From positions 124,124,001-124,188,000 of the forward strand of contig NC_042997.1 of assembly GCF_006345805.1 (NCBI RefSeq): a DNA stretch of 64,000 bases, in the 5' to 3' direction. The position numbers and the translations under genes are program-made. Positions 40,061 to 54,971 of this stretch are shown here, in pieces. The stretch's first letter is position 1. Each line of letters opens with the position of its first letter. The notes below the pieces were generated by a model. The model had not been told where the DNA came from. It saw only the letters and a list, made by a program, of their open reading frames with translations, and searched no databases. This DNA comes from Octopus sinensis. Its lineage: Eukaryota.

Positions 40061-40499
40061 ATTATTCTCTTTATCTCTCTCCCCTTTATTTTCGCACACA
40101 AAATACTTATTTAAACTCTTCGACCGAAAACAGCTGATAAACTTCATTGTAAATAATGTTTTGTCAAAAAATATATAGGAGGAACGGTTAAAACCTGAAA
40201 AACCTTATATACTTCATTGGCTGAACAAGGCGATAACTTGATAGTTGAACACACGGTGAACTCAAAATAAACAAAAAAGTAAAAACGAATGGTGAACTCT
40301 GATTTACGAAACGTATAATTATTGTTGTATATATACATACATGTTATAAGAGTGTGTGCGTGTGAGTGTGTATTTGTGTATTTCTCTTTACTTATATATT
40401 GAGTAGATATGCTGATACATAATCATGTATGTGCCAAAAGTTACGCATTCCACATTCATTTGCGCCTCCATACATAAATATTTAAATTGGTAGACAGGC

Positions 40500-40651
40500 A
40501 AGGAAATAGAAAGACAGACAGATAGACAGATAGATACATAAATAGATAGATAGACAGATAGATACATAAATAGATAGATAAACAGATAGATAGATAGATA
40601 GATGGATAGATAGATAGACAGATATATAGATAGACAAACAGAAAGACTGAC

Positions 40652-40738
<87 letters not shown>
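40500..40738 (+). repeat. (GATA)n microsatellite
   Basis: GATA/GACA runs. Similar tracts at 6080-6165 (as TATC), 45548-45721, 46089-46207 and 60205-60277. Confidence 0.95.
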
Positions 40739-42559
40739 GTTATTGCTAATTTATATGCACGCACAAATTAGTTTTATTTTTTGTTATTCTTTAGGAATTT
40801 AGAAAAAGGAGCAGCGCTATTGCCTCAGGTACTGCCTGTTTCTTTTCTTTTTGTTCTTTTCTTTTTATATATTATGTCTATTTCTGGTTGATAAATGCTT
40901 GTGCATGTATAGCTGCATTATCTGAACGAGTGAATAGTGTTTAATTAATTGTTATCCGCTGAATTTAGAATGTTGCTTTCAAGAAGTGATATGAATTTAC
41001 GTGATGCTAAGCATCTTCAACAAAACCGATCCTCTTTTTCATAAAATCGTTTAAAATCTTTTAAATAACTGGTGTCCTCCAAATATGATATTGCTGTGTT
41101 ATACTGGCAATATTACCAAACTGTCATTGTTACACACATATCATTACTAACAAATATCTCATTGAACGACAACAGTATCAATATTGATTTCTTCAATAAA
41201 AAATTCCTTCAATTTGGAAGAATGGATGTAGACAGCTTGTTAAAAATTGATGCTGAAAGCAAGTTCTGGTATCTCACTTAAACCATTATCTATATCGTTT
41301 ATTCTTTTCAGACGTTTTTCTCTCTTTCTCAAACTGACCTATAATGTCTCATGAAAGAAAGAAAAGTATACATTCAATAATTTTCTAAATAATATATTTC
41401 TCTTCCCATTAACTCAAATGTTTATTCAACGGAAGAAGAAAAAAAAACGAAACAACTATTTGTTATAGTCATTACATTTTAAATTACAAATGTTTAAACG
41501 TACGAGTTGAGTTGCTTTTATAACGATTATAATTTTCCAGGCTATTAACCTCATATCTAAATGTATATTTACCAGTTTTACATCGCCTATACTTTTCGGT
41601 CTCCCATCGGTATTACCTGATGTAAAACATTAAATAATGCCAAAGTACGCTGATAAGAAATAGATTCAAAAGCCAGTGGACAGTAAAACGTAAATTCTGA
41701 AGGTATATACTATGGTATAAGAAACTTTGACAGAATGTGATAATTATTAGAAAGTCGCATTTGCCAGTGTGAAGAAAGAAACATACACACATTTGTATTT
41801 GTTTTATGATTAAAACTATTTCAAATTTCCCTTGTATTTATATTAATGTATATGGGCGCCAGTGTACAAACCAAAGAAAGTAAATGTCAATCGTTGCTTA
41901 TTGTAGTACCTAGAATCCTTTATTAGCTGGTAATTAAGCCCTACATCACTTCAAGTTTCGATGACATAGACTATAATTTGCCAAATGTGTGCTGCCAACT
42001 TAAATAATAACAAATGATAATGAGTATACTGGAAAGGAGCATATTAGGAAGGGGATCCATTTGTAATTACAGTTTACGAGGCGAAACTGACACTGAATCT
42101 ATAGCAGATAATTCTGTGTATTGTTTTACGTGGTAGAAAGAACTACTTGCGATACCAAGTGGTCCATGTCAACAGCTAATGTAGACTGCATTGCTATGTT
42201 GCACATCTTTTAAAACTTACACAGATGTGTATCTATATATAGTTTAAATTTAACTTTGGTTTCCTAAAATACTCCGTTACTCACAAACATTCATTATTCA
42301 TATTCTTAGATACTCTAATAGCATTAGCCTAATGACAGGTGATTTTACTTCTGCAATTCAATTTCGAATCCGAATTCTTGTTGGACACTGTGATAAAAGA
42401 AATCATTAAAAAATTTCCTTCTTAAAAGTTGACTTGAATCTGCCAACTAAAGTTCATTCATAGAATTATAAGTACATACATACATACGTACATACGTACG
42501 TATGTATGTAAGTATGTATGTATGTATGTATGAATGTATGTATGTATGTATGTATGGAA

Positions 42560-43315
42560 CAAGAGATTTGCATAAAGTACCCGGTGAACAAGAGCGGCAG
42601 TGGCGCTCTTGTAATCCCAAAGTGCAAACGCATGTGTAGGCTATGACAGATATCTGTGGAAGACATCACGCATGTGATTAGCAGCTGTCGTAAGATATCG
42701 TCACGGTACTAACTTCCTATTTGGCACGATGTTGTTGCTAAAATAATTTACAATGCCATTCGCAAAAAGACTGTCCTGAAATAAGCTTAGAATATCATTT
42801 TTATGGAATACATGCATAAACATCAACTCAAGGAATACTGCTGGAATATTCTTATCAAAACTTCTGTCAAATGTATACATAACAGGTCGGATATTGTTGT
42901 TTGGGACAAGCATCATAGAAATCAGCTGCCCTGCAGCTGATTTCTCTTTGAAAATCAATTCTCTTTGAAAATCAAAGAAAAAGAGTTTATCTATGGAAAA
43001 CAGCTTCAAAAACTCCAGCTTCTATATCCAGACTATGAATTCATATTCATACCAATAATAATAGGATCACTAGGTCTTGTTAGTAAATACTTAAAGAAGA
43101 ATCTGGATAAACTGGGGTTTTCAGAAAGAGAAATCGACCTGCTAATTCGTACATTACAAGTGCAATCTGTGAGTGGATAAGCAAGACTTTTCACAAGTTC
43201 CAAATGTGAATTGATCTGTGTTAACTACGTCCCAAAGACGGAGCCTTCTATATTTGTTTTAAACCGGATCCCTCCTCAGTGAAATATTTTTAGTAATTAA
43301 AAAACAGAAGAGACA
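42560..43315 (+). mobile_element. 3' part of an RLE-type non-LTR retrotransposon (family distinct from 1-1200)
   Basis: CKRMCRL..VEDITHVISSC (CCHC), HDVVAKIIYNAIR, HNRSDIVVWDK (RPD-like), and LQLLYPDYEFIFIPIIIGSLG (ORF 42965-43180). Ends AAAAAACAGAAGAGACATACATACATAC. Confidence 0.85.
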
Positions 43316-43395
43316 TACATACATACAAACATACGTACATACATATATATATATATATACATATATACATAACACACATACATATACATACATAA

Positions 43396-43452
<57 letters not shown>

Positions 43453-44164
43453 TATACATATATTATACAGGTTAAGATATATAGAGTTTGTATTAATATA
43501 TCGCTCAGAGAATTATATCTATGAGTCAGGATCATTCTTTCACCAAACAGACTAAAATATGTTATGCAACATAATTTTTATCTTCAACAAGGAAGTCGTA
43601 TGGGGGAATCAGCGTTTGAACTACATTTAAAAGTGAAATTCAAAATCAATGCCAATGCATTCGATTACTCCTTCTCCGTAAACCTATTGTGCTTTTTGCT
43701 TAAATGAGGAGGAAGAACATTTTTGAATATAGAGGAGCCCTTTCAGACTCATTCAACAATTAACACGGTAGACAGAAATGCTAAATTCTATTTATGACTA
43801 AATATCTGTTTGGAAGTTGGATTTGTATTCTTAATAGTATTGAACCACAACGTTCTCCGAAAACCTTACCGAAAACAAATTCAAATATTATATATTACAA
43901 GAAAAGCTCCCTGGGGGATGGGAGTAAAATCGTAAAAGAAAATGAAAGGGAGCTACAGCCTAACAAGAAAGATAGCTTAAGCTAAACTTTACATTGTTAG
44001 AGACTGCAGACTATGATGAATATTATCTTTAATGCTAAGTGGTCAGCAGAGTGGATATATTTAGGCTTTAGTAGAACTTATACGCAAAATATATTCCGCT
44101 CTAACAATATTAAGTTATATAAGATATATGTCTGTATATATGTGTGTGTGTGTGCCGCTAAATG

Positions 44165-44319
44165 CACAAGTTTTTTCTCTGTTTATTTTCTCTTATTTCC
44201 TTCTGTTGAAGAGTGTAGGCTCGAAACGTAAAAGACTTCATCACTTCCCCAACCGTCAAGCTAATACACCAGCATGTTGTTCATACACCTGTCATCTTTT
44301 GATTTTTTGTAAATATTAA

Positions 44320-44320
<1 letters not shown>
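44165..44320 (+). mobile_element. Short Penelope-like/retrozyme-like repeat with degenerate hammerhead core
   Basis: CTGTTGA-A-GAG tgtagg CTC-GAAA-CGTA at ~44203-44230. Confidence 0.4.
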
Positions 44321-44351
<31 letters not shown>

Positions 44352-44489
44352 TTAATACAAATGGGACAAGAACGCAAAACAGCTAGGTGGTACAAGAATA
44401 GAACAACAAAATATCCAGATAGACGATACAAAGAAAACAAGGACTGGTCATTCGAAGTTTTCTTTCCTCAATCAAGCACCAGATTATCC

Positions 44490-44771
44490 TCGCAAGAACG
44501 TGAATTCAATTCCCAGAGACGCTTTGTATCCTTGAGCAAGACACCTTAATTCACGTTGCTCCAGTCCACTCATCTGGCAAAAATGAATAGGACTTCTATT
44601 TTAAAGAGCCGGCCTTGTCACACATTGTGTTATGCTGACCTCCCTGAGAACTACGTTAAGGATACACGTGTCTGTGTGGTGTTCAGCCATTTGCACGTTA
44701 ATTTCACGGGTAAGCTGTTTTGTTGATCGTATCAGCTGGAACCCTCGTCGTCGTAATCGATGCAGTGCTCC
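44490..44771 (+). mobile_element. SINE family C
   Basis: CCTTGAGCAAGACAC..CTCCAGTCCACTCATCTGGCAAAAATG..GAGAACTACGTTAAGG, colinear with 21305-21602. Confidence 0.75.
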
Positions 44772-44879
44772 ATATATGTGTGTATATGTGTGTGTGTGTG
44801 CGTGCGTATGTGTGTTAGTACGTGTGTAGATATATATTATATAATATATATATATTATATATATATATATATTTATAAT

Positions 44880-44913
<34 letters not shown>

Positions 44914-44931
44914 CATATATATATAGATATA

Positions 44932-44998
<67 letters not shown>

Positions 44999-45489
44999 AT
45001 ATATACATTGTATGTCTACATGTATGTATATATGTATACAGAGGTAGTTATGTGTATGATGCTGGTTATGAATGAACAGGATTGTTAAATATAAACCAAC
45101 CTAAGGGGAACCTTCTGCATACTAAATCATAAATACGCTTATCTAATTGAGTGGGAAAATTTCGTTCAAGTGAGATATCAAAATATTTTAACAAAAATGG
45201 CCTATAGGAAACGTTTAAAATCTAAAAGAACAAACAGCTCAGTTAATTGAGATTTCTTAATCATATATAGAATATACATGGTAATTTTTAATACTATGGT
45301 TTATCGCCTGTGTTCATGTTTTTTTTTTTATATATAAATATACTCTGTAAAATAGAATTTGTAATAATACCTATTCGGGAGAAATATCTTAATTGTCTCG
45401 TACAAAACAAATTGTTATTCATAACTAAATTATGCAAACATTCAAAATCAGTCTTATATTGCTGCTACATGCATACATACACATTCACA

Positions 45490-45521
<32 letters not shown>

Positions 45522-45571
45522 TACAGGTAGGTAGGCAGGCAGGTAGGTAGATAGATAGATAGATAGATAAT

Positions 45572-45721
<150 letters not shown>

Positions 45722-46089
45722 TGTGTCTTTATTAGCCACACAGGGTTGAACATAGAGGGGACAAATTAGAAAGTAGAGCTTTTCTTTTGGGTGAGGAAAA
45801 AAAGTAAAGAAAAAAAAAAGAAAATGCGAGGTAGGTTTTCGATCAATAAGGATCGTAAAAGAAGAGATAAAAATTATCAATAGGGCTCGTGAATCACAGA
45901 GGTAAAGTGTAAAGGGGGAAACAGATAAGGTTTATTAGAGGAAAGAAAAGCCTACGGAAAAGACAACGGTAACCTCGTTCAATAATGTCACATGTTAACA
46001 CATTTATTTGCAAGTAAGTAACACTCTGTTTTAAACTTTTCCGGGTTCATAGGATTATGCTCAAGGTGGCTTCGTCATTCATACGTGCC

Positions 46090-46208
<119 letters not shown>

Positions 46209-46517
46209 CAAACAGACATATAGCTAGACAGACAGAAAGACAGCCAAACAGAAAGGCAGACAGATAAATAGATAGAGACGAAATGATATCCCCAATCTCA
46301 TGCATGTTTGTTGCGAATAGAAACAAATCCAATTTTAGATTATGTGCAACTTTCACAAATGATTGAATGACCGGCTGTTTACGTTTCAATATTAACTCTG
46401 CAGAATGCAGTGAAAGCAATTTACTTTCAGTAATGTACACACATTCTCACATATATGTACATATAAATGTATGTGTGTGTAAGTCTGTTGGTATGTATTT
46501 ATGTATATATGTATCTG

Positions 46518-46563
<46 letters not shown>

Positions 46564-47067
46564 ATATTATATATATATATGTAGTAATGTGTTTAAAAGA
46601 TTTATGCGCAAATCAACCTGTGTTACAAAACCTATGATAAATTTAATATTGCTATGCTATACTGCATTTAAAACATTCGTTATGGAACTTCAAACAAAAA
46701 TACATTTCTGATTACTTAAATTTATAGCGCATAAATATCTGCTAAATAATTAATACATTAATTAATTAAAGCATATTTATAAAATTACTCTAAATAATAT
46801 GTACACAAATATGTTCTCGATAAAAGTTTCCAACTTAATATGATGACATTGTAAAACATATTTGTGCAGTAAACGGAGTTTCTTTGACGATTCCATATCT
46901 ATTAAAACACAAAAAATATGTAATGTATTCACGTCTATTACTAATTAACTAAAAACGGACAACGTAGTTTCTCATTAAATATACTACATACATATACTAG
47001 TTATAAAATGTTCTTAAGTCAACTGACGATGGATTTTGTATTTAAATTACTTCAATGGTATCAAATA

Positions 47068-47294
47068 TATTTCTTTGTTGCCCACAGGGGGCTAAACATA
47101 GAGGGAACAAACACAGACAGATAGAGGGATTAAGTCGATTGTATCGACCCCAATGCGTAGCTGGTGTTTATTTAATCAACCCCAAAAGGGGGCAAAGTCG
47201 ACCTCTGCGGGGTTTGTGCTCAGAACGTAAAGGCAGACGAAATAATGCTAAGTATTTCGCCCAGCGTGCTAACGATTCTGCCATCTCGCCGCCC
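47068..47294 (-). mobile_element. SINE family A, full length
   Basis: Reverse complement of the 20492 copy from head (GGCGGCGAGATGGCAG) to tail. Confidence 0.85.
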
Positions 47295-48217
47295 TAACTG
47301 AGGGTGCCAGATAGGTCGACCCAACGTCTCACAGTTCCCGTCGTTCTTAGCAAAGTCTTGTGCCTTCAAAACACAACATTCTTGGAGAAGCCATTTTCAG
47401 AACACATATTACTAGTAGAGTCTCCCACATTTTATTTTATAGTATAAGTGTTATATACACCGGAAGTGTAATCGAATCTGTATCGGTTGCGTATTTTAAT
47501 TTACACAAACGAATGGAAAACTTAAAAACTGCTGGTTTTGACTCAATAATTTCATCTGAAAATTCCGAGTCAAATCCGCTCATAAAACTGCATGATTGTT
47601 TTTTCTAAATTCTTGGTCCACCCATAATTCATTCAAGAAATTATACAGATTTAAATGGCGAAAATATATGAATACTAAACCACATAGTTTTACCGAAACA
47701 AAGTTATACGCATAAGTTACTTGTCGAGACCTTATCATTCATACATATACGTATGTAGGTTTTCATATGCGTATGTGTTTGTGCAAATGTAAATCATTAT
47801 TCAGTTTATTTCAAGATTTCTTAACAATAGAGAATGAACCGGTTTCTAACCTAGATCCACGGCTCCTTCATCGTAATTTCAACATCAACAATAAGGTATT
47901 TTTGTTTGTTTGTTTGTTTGTATGTATATATGTATGTACATATGTATGTGCAAATTTGTAGGTTTTGTGTATGTATTCTCATGCATATAGTTGCATATCT
48001 AGACATGCACATATACATTTAAATGTCCAGTGATGTACTGGATCTGAAGTCTTGGAATTAGCTTTCTCTTTTCTGGATTTGAGAAAGCCTAATTTCTGAA
48101 GATTGGTATTTAGGCAGTGTGTTGCATATCCCGGGGCCCCAATAATATATATCGTTTTATGTTGTATGCATGTATGTATGTACGTATGTTTATATGTATA
48201 TAAATGTATATAGAGTG

Positions 48218-48260
<43 letters not shown>

Positions 48261-50409
48261 TTATAGATATGCTAAAAGTATGAAGTACTCAGTACGACCA
48301 CTCAAGGAAAAGAGAACTCAATATATTTCTGCAAAAACGATTTTCCACTCCCCACAATATAAATGCTTGTATACACATTTATGTCGTATGCATTATCCAT
48401 TTGCGACTAATACCGATTGCTTTCATTCTTGCGTGCAGTGAATTGAAAGATAGTAAGTATTAAATTGTACATTTATAAATTGTATGGTTTTGTTTCCTTT
48501 TGTTCTCTCATGAATCTTATATGTTTTATACAGTTATCAACGGTAGCAAACATTATATGTTTCCAAATATCTTATAAATATAAAACTATGCCAGAATATT
48601 ATATAAACGTTTGTGCGCCTAAAAAAACATGTATCTAGTATTATCGACAGATACACAGAAATCGAAGTATCTGATGTATATTCTGTCAATAATCCTCTCT
48701 TATCATCTATGACGTATTGATGTACTAACTTGCATTGTTTTTTAAGCACGTAGCAAATATACATATAGTGAATTATATTCTAGGAGAAAGAAATATTATT
48801 CCTAATAATATTTCTTTCTCCTAAGTTTTTTTCATATTTTTGTTTTTAGTCAAAATGGAAGCCACCTCACAAAACTTCAGATGTTGGTGAGCGGTAGGAG
48901 GAATGGCATCCTCCAAGTGATGATCTAACGCCCAAGGTGGTGGGTGGTGAATTTAATCCAGGGTAAAGATTAAGTCTACCACCCATACAGGCTATAAAGG
49001 AAGTGGCGATAAATACGCCGAGGCATCCGCTCAAATTTGCGCCATGTAACGACCCTCGATTGGTGCTTATTTATCAACACTGATCGGAAAAATGGTGCAG
49101 TAGATGCAGGCATGATTTCAACTCATAACGCTGAGAAATCTTCAGAAATCATAGCGTGAAGCTTTCTATTCAACCCTCAAACGACCCTGCCAATACGCCA
49201 CATTAAGTTGCATGTTCACAGCAATAAACATATATTTGATGTTTTTAAGTTATATCTATCATAAACCGTGATTTAGCTAATAGATTACTGTACACTCAGC
49301 TGAGAAGTTTGCAAGTCGTTTCCAGTTTGCAACTATTCATTCTCTGCAATATGAAATAGTAAAATTCCAAATGCCCAAGACAATATAGTTAATAATAGCT
49401 ACCGTAAAAGTTAGATGACGCATTTATCAGATGTACGGTAGCATTAACGAGTAATTTATTTCCCTCATGTTTGCTAGATTCGTTCGGCAGTCTAGTCTTT
49501 ATCTTTAAACGTCTTGATTTATCTTTAAATTTGATTCGGAGTCAATTATTCATTGTACACATGTGATCGTTGGTATAAACAATGGTAAATTCAGTTTAAG
49601 TACACCACAAAGAAGCACTCACGATAGGGAAAAATGTTTTTGGCATGAAGACGGCTTCACAAATATCTGTCTACCATAGTTATTATACACATATTAGCAA
49701 TTTCAGTAACTCCTGTTGAACATAGAATTATTGCAAATCCAATATAGTTAAAACTAGGTTTCACTAAACGTGTTCAATTTACATCAAAGAGGACATTTTC
49801 ATATGGAAATAATTTTGTAAATAAATTTACTCTGTTACCATTTCACTCATTTTTTTCTTTTTACTCTTTTACCTCTGCAAGCCACACACAAATATTTTGG
49901 TTAGAACAGGTAAGAGACTATAAGATATGTAGGACGAGTTTCATTACTTGTTTCTAAATATTGATTAGTTTTATAATCCGTAAGCACGTTAGTATGCAAG
50001 GGAAACAAACGTATTAAAATAGGATTAATTCTATTCATAATGATTCCATCTTCTCAGAATTAGTTTTCTTTCTCTATCGAATCTTTATTTTATAACCGTG
50101 TAAATATTATTACATTGATTTTAATCTCATTTACGTTACATCCCTTCACTCCACAACCACCGCAGAAGTTCCGTTTTTCTTTGGACATGCGCAGTCTATT
50201 GTTTCAGATTTATGATTTCTATTGTTCTAATTGTATTCTAGGAAGGTTTTTTGATTTCTAAATATCTTACGAAAATGTCCCCTTAGTTTTATTCGTTGAA
50301 TAAAATAAAACGATACGATTACGATATGCTTTTTATAAAGCAGCTTCCCGAAAATTTAAACCTACTCTGATTTATGTATGTTTGCCATGATATTATTACG
50401 ATAGATATT

Positions 50410-50620
50410 AAGGTGACGAGCTGACAAGAATAGTTAGCATGCTGGGAAAAATGCTAGCGGCACTTCGTCCGTATTTATATTGTCAGTTCGAATTGCTCTG
50501 AAGTTGGCTTTTACATTTATTTTTGGGGGATCCATAAAATAAAAAACAGTTTGGTACTGGGACGGACATAATCGATTGTCCACTTCCCCCAGCTTGTTGG
50601 CCTAGTATCAACATTTCACT
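50410..50620 (+). mobile_element. Degenerate SINE family A
   Basis: AAGGTGACGAGCTGACAAG..GTTAGCATGCTGGG..GTTCGAATTG..GTACTGGG..TTGGCCTAGT. Confidence 0.55.
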
Positions 50621-50930
50621 GGACTGTCTGAATTATACAGGCGGGAAAGACATGCAGCAATATACATCTGGAAAATTCTGGAAGGCCTTCTGACAAAGTT
50701 TGGCATTGAAAGTTACACAAAGAGCAGAGTGGGGTTCCTCTCCACAGTGCCAAAATTCCCAGCATCGCCATCAAAATACCGGAGCAGATACTGTAACAAC
50801 TTAAATTTCAAATGTCGATAACTCTTGAATATCCTTCCAAAATGCGAAAATGCGTGAGAGACCTGCACAGTGTAGATATAGGTGTCTTTAGAAGAAAACT
50901 GGATTCTGTTGGCAACAGCTTAGTTGTGTA
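50620..50930 (+). mobile_element. CR1-like LINE 3' fragment
   Basis: YRRERHAAIYIWKILEGL..FGIESYT matches the RRRER..I..WKIL.G C-terminal motif. GAGACCTGCACAGTGTAGATATAGGTGTCTTTAGAAGAAAACTGGA parallels the 20234-20275 motif. Confidence 0.7.
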
Positions 50931-51289
50931 ATGAACCGGTGTGTGACCAGCAGCTTTCCTCATGTCTCCGGAAATTATGTCTACATTCTTATTGAAGGAT
51001 TCACCTTCTCAGGGAAGTTAACAATCTCTTTAAAAACTTTTTATAAAACTGTGCATCATTAGAAAGCAATTTAAGTCTGCTTATAATTTGAGTTTAAATT
51101 CATAGAACTCACTCCTAATACTTCATGAGGATAATCAAACTCTCTAGGATGTCTGGAAAACATATATGTGATTTAGCTGATGAATACTGGACATTTGTAT
51201 TTGCTATAATATTTGCAGCTTCGAATAAAATTGTTCTTAGTATGAAACAATTGTACTAAACTACTAATCCATTCTTGTTGCTTTTTTCT

Positions 51290-51363
<74 letters not shown>

Positions 51364-51911
51364 AGGGGGGAAAGAGAGAGACATAGATTGATAGATTGAT
51401 AGATAGATACATACATGCATTAATATTTAAGTATATATGACCCTTTAAAATATTACTATACGCACTCGCAAACGTAATTTTTCTCACGACTCGATAAATA
51501 TACCCTTGTGCGCTTGAATATACGCAAACATATGTATGAATATTTGAATATGTGTATATATGAGTGTGTGCCTACGACATTGTGTTTCTGTGCGCATGTA
51601 AAAGCTTCCTTCTGCAAATGGCGACCTCTAACATCAAAGTTTGAATCATCCTTTGTTTTAGAAATAAAATTTGAAGGAAAACGAATATATATGGATTTCT
51701 GCATAACAACATGAACTAATATATGTATGTATATGTGTATGTGTGCATGTGTGTGTGTGTGTTTTACATCATAGTCATGAAGAAATGCAGTTATATATTC
51801 GTTTATAAAGTTATTTGTACATATATATATGTGTGTGTGTGTATATGCATATACCTATACAATGTATACACACAAATGCACAAGCACACGCAGGCGCACA
51901 CATATACACGC

Positions 51912-51943
<32 letters not shown>

Positions 51944-51966
51944 ACACATACATACATATATATATA

Positions 51967-51989
<23 letters not shown>

Positions 51990-52007
<18 letters not shown>

Positions 52008-52026
52008 CATATATGTATATATAATG

Positions 52027-52061
<35 letters not shown>

Positions 52062-52527
52062 TTACATGTACAACGTTAAAAGTAGATTCCTGTGACGCCA
52101 CATTTAACGTTTTTCTGAAAATTTTGATTCAAGAAAAATATATATACCTCTATAAATACAATCTCTTTGTGTATTTAAATTACATACTGCGTGATAAGAA
52201 AATATAGCTTGCAGTTCCTAAAATTCATAGGGACACTACTAATGTATATATGTTGTTCTTTGTTATCTTTTGCATCTGCTTTCTGCTCAGTTATCTGTTA
52301 GGAAGGTATTAAGGCATACAAAACACATACAATTATCGTTAAAAAAGCAATACATAAATAACTGAATGAAAACTTGAATTTATGCAGATGGGAGTCGCGT
52401 CATGAAGATGAATCCAATTGTTTAAAACAGCTGAGCTTTAAAATTCCCATCATTATTCTACTTTAAAATAATGCAATATTGTATTGTAAAGAGGTTTCAT
52501 GCAAAATCCGTATGCACACATACACGA

Positions 52528-52576
<49 letters not shown>

Positions 52577-52699
52577 ATATATTATATATATATATATGCA
52601 TGTGTATATATGTGTGTATACATACAAATTCGTATGTATATGTATATACATGCATATATATATATATATATATATACATACATATATGTATATATAATG

Positions 52700-52741
<42 letters not shown>

Positions 52742-53211
52742 CATGTACAACGTTAAAAGTAGATTCCTGTGACGCCACATTTAACGTTTTTCTGAAAATT
52801 TTGATTCAAGAAAAATATATATACCTCTATAAATACAATCTCTTTGTGTATTTAAATTACATACTGCGTGATAAGAAAATATAGCTTGCAGTTCCTAAAA
52901 TTCATAGGGACACTACTAATGTATATATGTTGTTCTTTGTTATCTTTTGCATCTGCTTTCTGCTCAGTTATCTGTTAGGAAGGTATTAAGGCATACAAAA
53001 CACATACAATTATCGTTAAAAAAGCAATACATAAATAACTGAATGAAAACTTGAATTTATGCAGATGGGAGTCGCGTCATGAAGATGAATCCAATTGTTT
53101 AAAACAGCTGAGCTTTAAAATTCCCATCATTATTCTACTTTAAAATAATGCAATATTGTATTGTAAAGAGGTTTCATGCAAAATCCGTATGCACACATAC
53201 ACGAGTATATA

Positions 53212-53277
<66 letters not shown>

Positions 53278-53329
53278 TGTGTATATATGTGTGTATACAT
53301 ACAAATTCGTATGTATATATGTATATATA
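51990..53329. repeat. Tandem duplication, unit ~677 bp, two copies
   Basis: 52061-52530 and 52738-53207 are essentially identical (TTTACATGTACAACGTTAAAAG...CATACACGAG). Differences are confined to (TA)n lengths. Confidence 0.92.
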
Positions 53330-54229
53330 CACGGTCTGCTCAATAAGAGTCACAACTGTTACCATAGTAACAAATCTATAGCATACAGAACAAAGCTGCT
53401 TGGCACAGATTGAACTTGGCCTCTGTTGTTCACGTACATTATGTTTGAGTGCTCCAGCCCCCTTCCAGTGTTTACAGCAATGCTTGGAAGAAAGGTGTGT
53501 AGTGTGTTACCGTCACATTAACCATAGCAGAGAACGATAAGCAGAGAATTGGCATCAAATTTTGCTAAAATGCTTAACGATACCAGCTCAGAGGTCTACA
53601 TGAAGTTTTCAAAAAGTCTTCATTGTTCTCCACACAATTAAGCAGATCTTGTACGACTGATACTTGAGTATCTTTTTGATGAGCTGAAAGCAGTTTTGAC
53701 ACAAACTTGGGAGACACGCAACTCATAGACACATTTTCAATGATTATGTACTGAACTGAAACGTAATGAATTTGCACATCCTCTGATATCTCACGGATGG
53801 TGATTCGATGATTTCCCCTCACTGCTGCATGCACACCTGCGGCAAAGTTTTACTTAGTTCTGCTGGTTGCAGATCTCCGCAAACGTTCGTCAATATCGAT
53901 GTATTTTCGGCCAAATTTTGAAACGTCTGAACCACTTGTACACTTGTGTGCGGCTCATACACATCTCTCCATACACTTTCTGCAACATTGCGTATGCCTC
54001 TGAGCATGTGTCACCATGACAACCTTCTCTGTCATGGTTAACGCAACTATCATGCGCTACACACCTTCCTTCCCAGCACTGCTGTAAACAGCCGAAGTAA
54101 GCTAGAGTATTAAAAATTAGTACGCATGCACAGCAGAGCTTAACGTCAATCTATGCCAATCTGCTTCACTCTGCGTGTTTTAGCTTCGTTACTATGTCAA
54201 CATTCCGGATACTTATTGATCGGATTTCG
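53330..54229 (-). mobile_element. Non-autonomous mariner derivative with long inverted arms (copy 2)
   Basis: Same architecture as 26830-27710: ends CACGGTCTGCTCAATAAG / CTTATTGATCGGATTTCG, transposase N-terminus MHAAVRGNHRITIREISED..KFVSKLLSAHQK (ORF 53574-53834). Confidence 0.88.
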
Positions 54230-54479
54230 CATATATATACCTAAATATATACATACGGACATCGTGTTACAGATTCAAAACAATCTTAATGTTACATCAT
54301 AATTAATATCGTTCGATATTGTGATCTATACTCTATCTTTCTAAATTTATGCTATATGTTATAAATATATTGTTTTGATAGTCTAATATATAGCGAAGTT
54401 CTGTGTGACATTATAGAGGGGTGCTATCATAGGCAGACGTACTAGTGATATGGATCTCAAATTGTCGCACAGGTCGACA

Positions 54480-54610
54480 AGTTTCAGTGGTATTATATCC
54501 ACCTCAATGTTCAAATGTTACTTATTTTACTGACCTTGATAGGAGGAAAAACAATGTCGACCTCAGCAGAATTTGAACTCAGAACGTGAAGTCGGACGAA
54601 ATGCTGCCAA
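54480..54610 (-). mobile_element. Partial SINE family A
   Basis: GTCGACCTCAGCAGAATTTGAACTCAGAACGTGAAGTCGGACGAAATGC. Confidence 0.65.
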
Positions 54611-54917
54611 CGACACATTATTCCACGCACCTTCTCTTATTTGATGAATGCTCATTTCTCACGATTCTACACATCTTTTACTAGCTATTTGACATGATCA
54701 TTCTCCCCTACAAGGCATCCGTGCCGATGCTATTCTTCCCATTTCTTTTTCTATCCCACCGCTAACTTCATGCCCATCTATCATACACCCCTATTTTCTT
54801 CTTTCATTCTGACCCTTCTTCTCACCTACTGTGTATCCGACTAGTAGCCCTTTTTCATTTCCCTTCATATCTCTCTCTCCCTCTTTCTCTCTCCCTTTCT
54901 CTCTCTATCTCTCTCTC

Positions 54918-54971
<54 letters not shown>

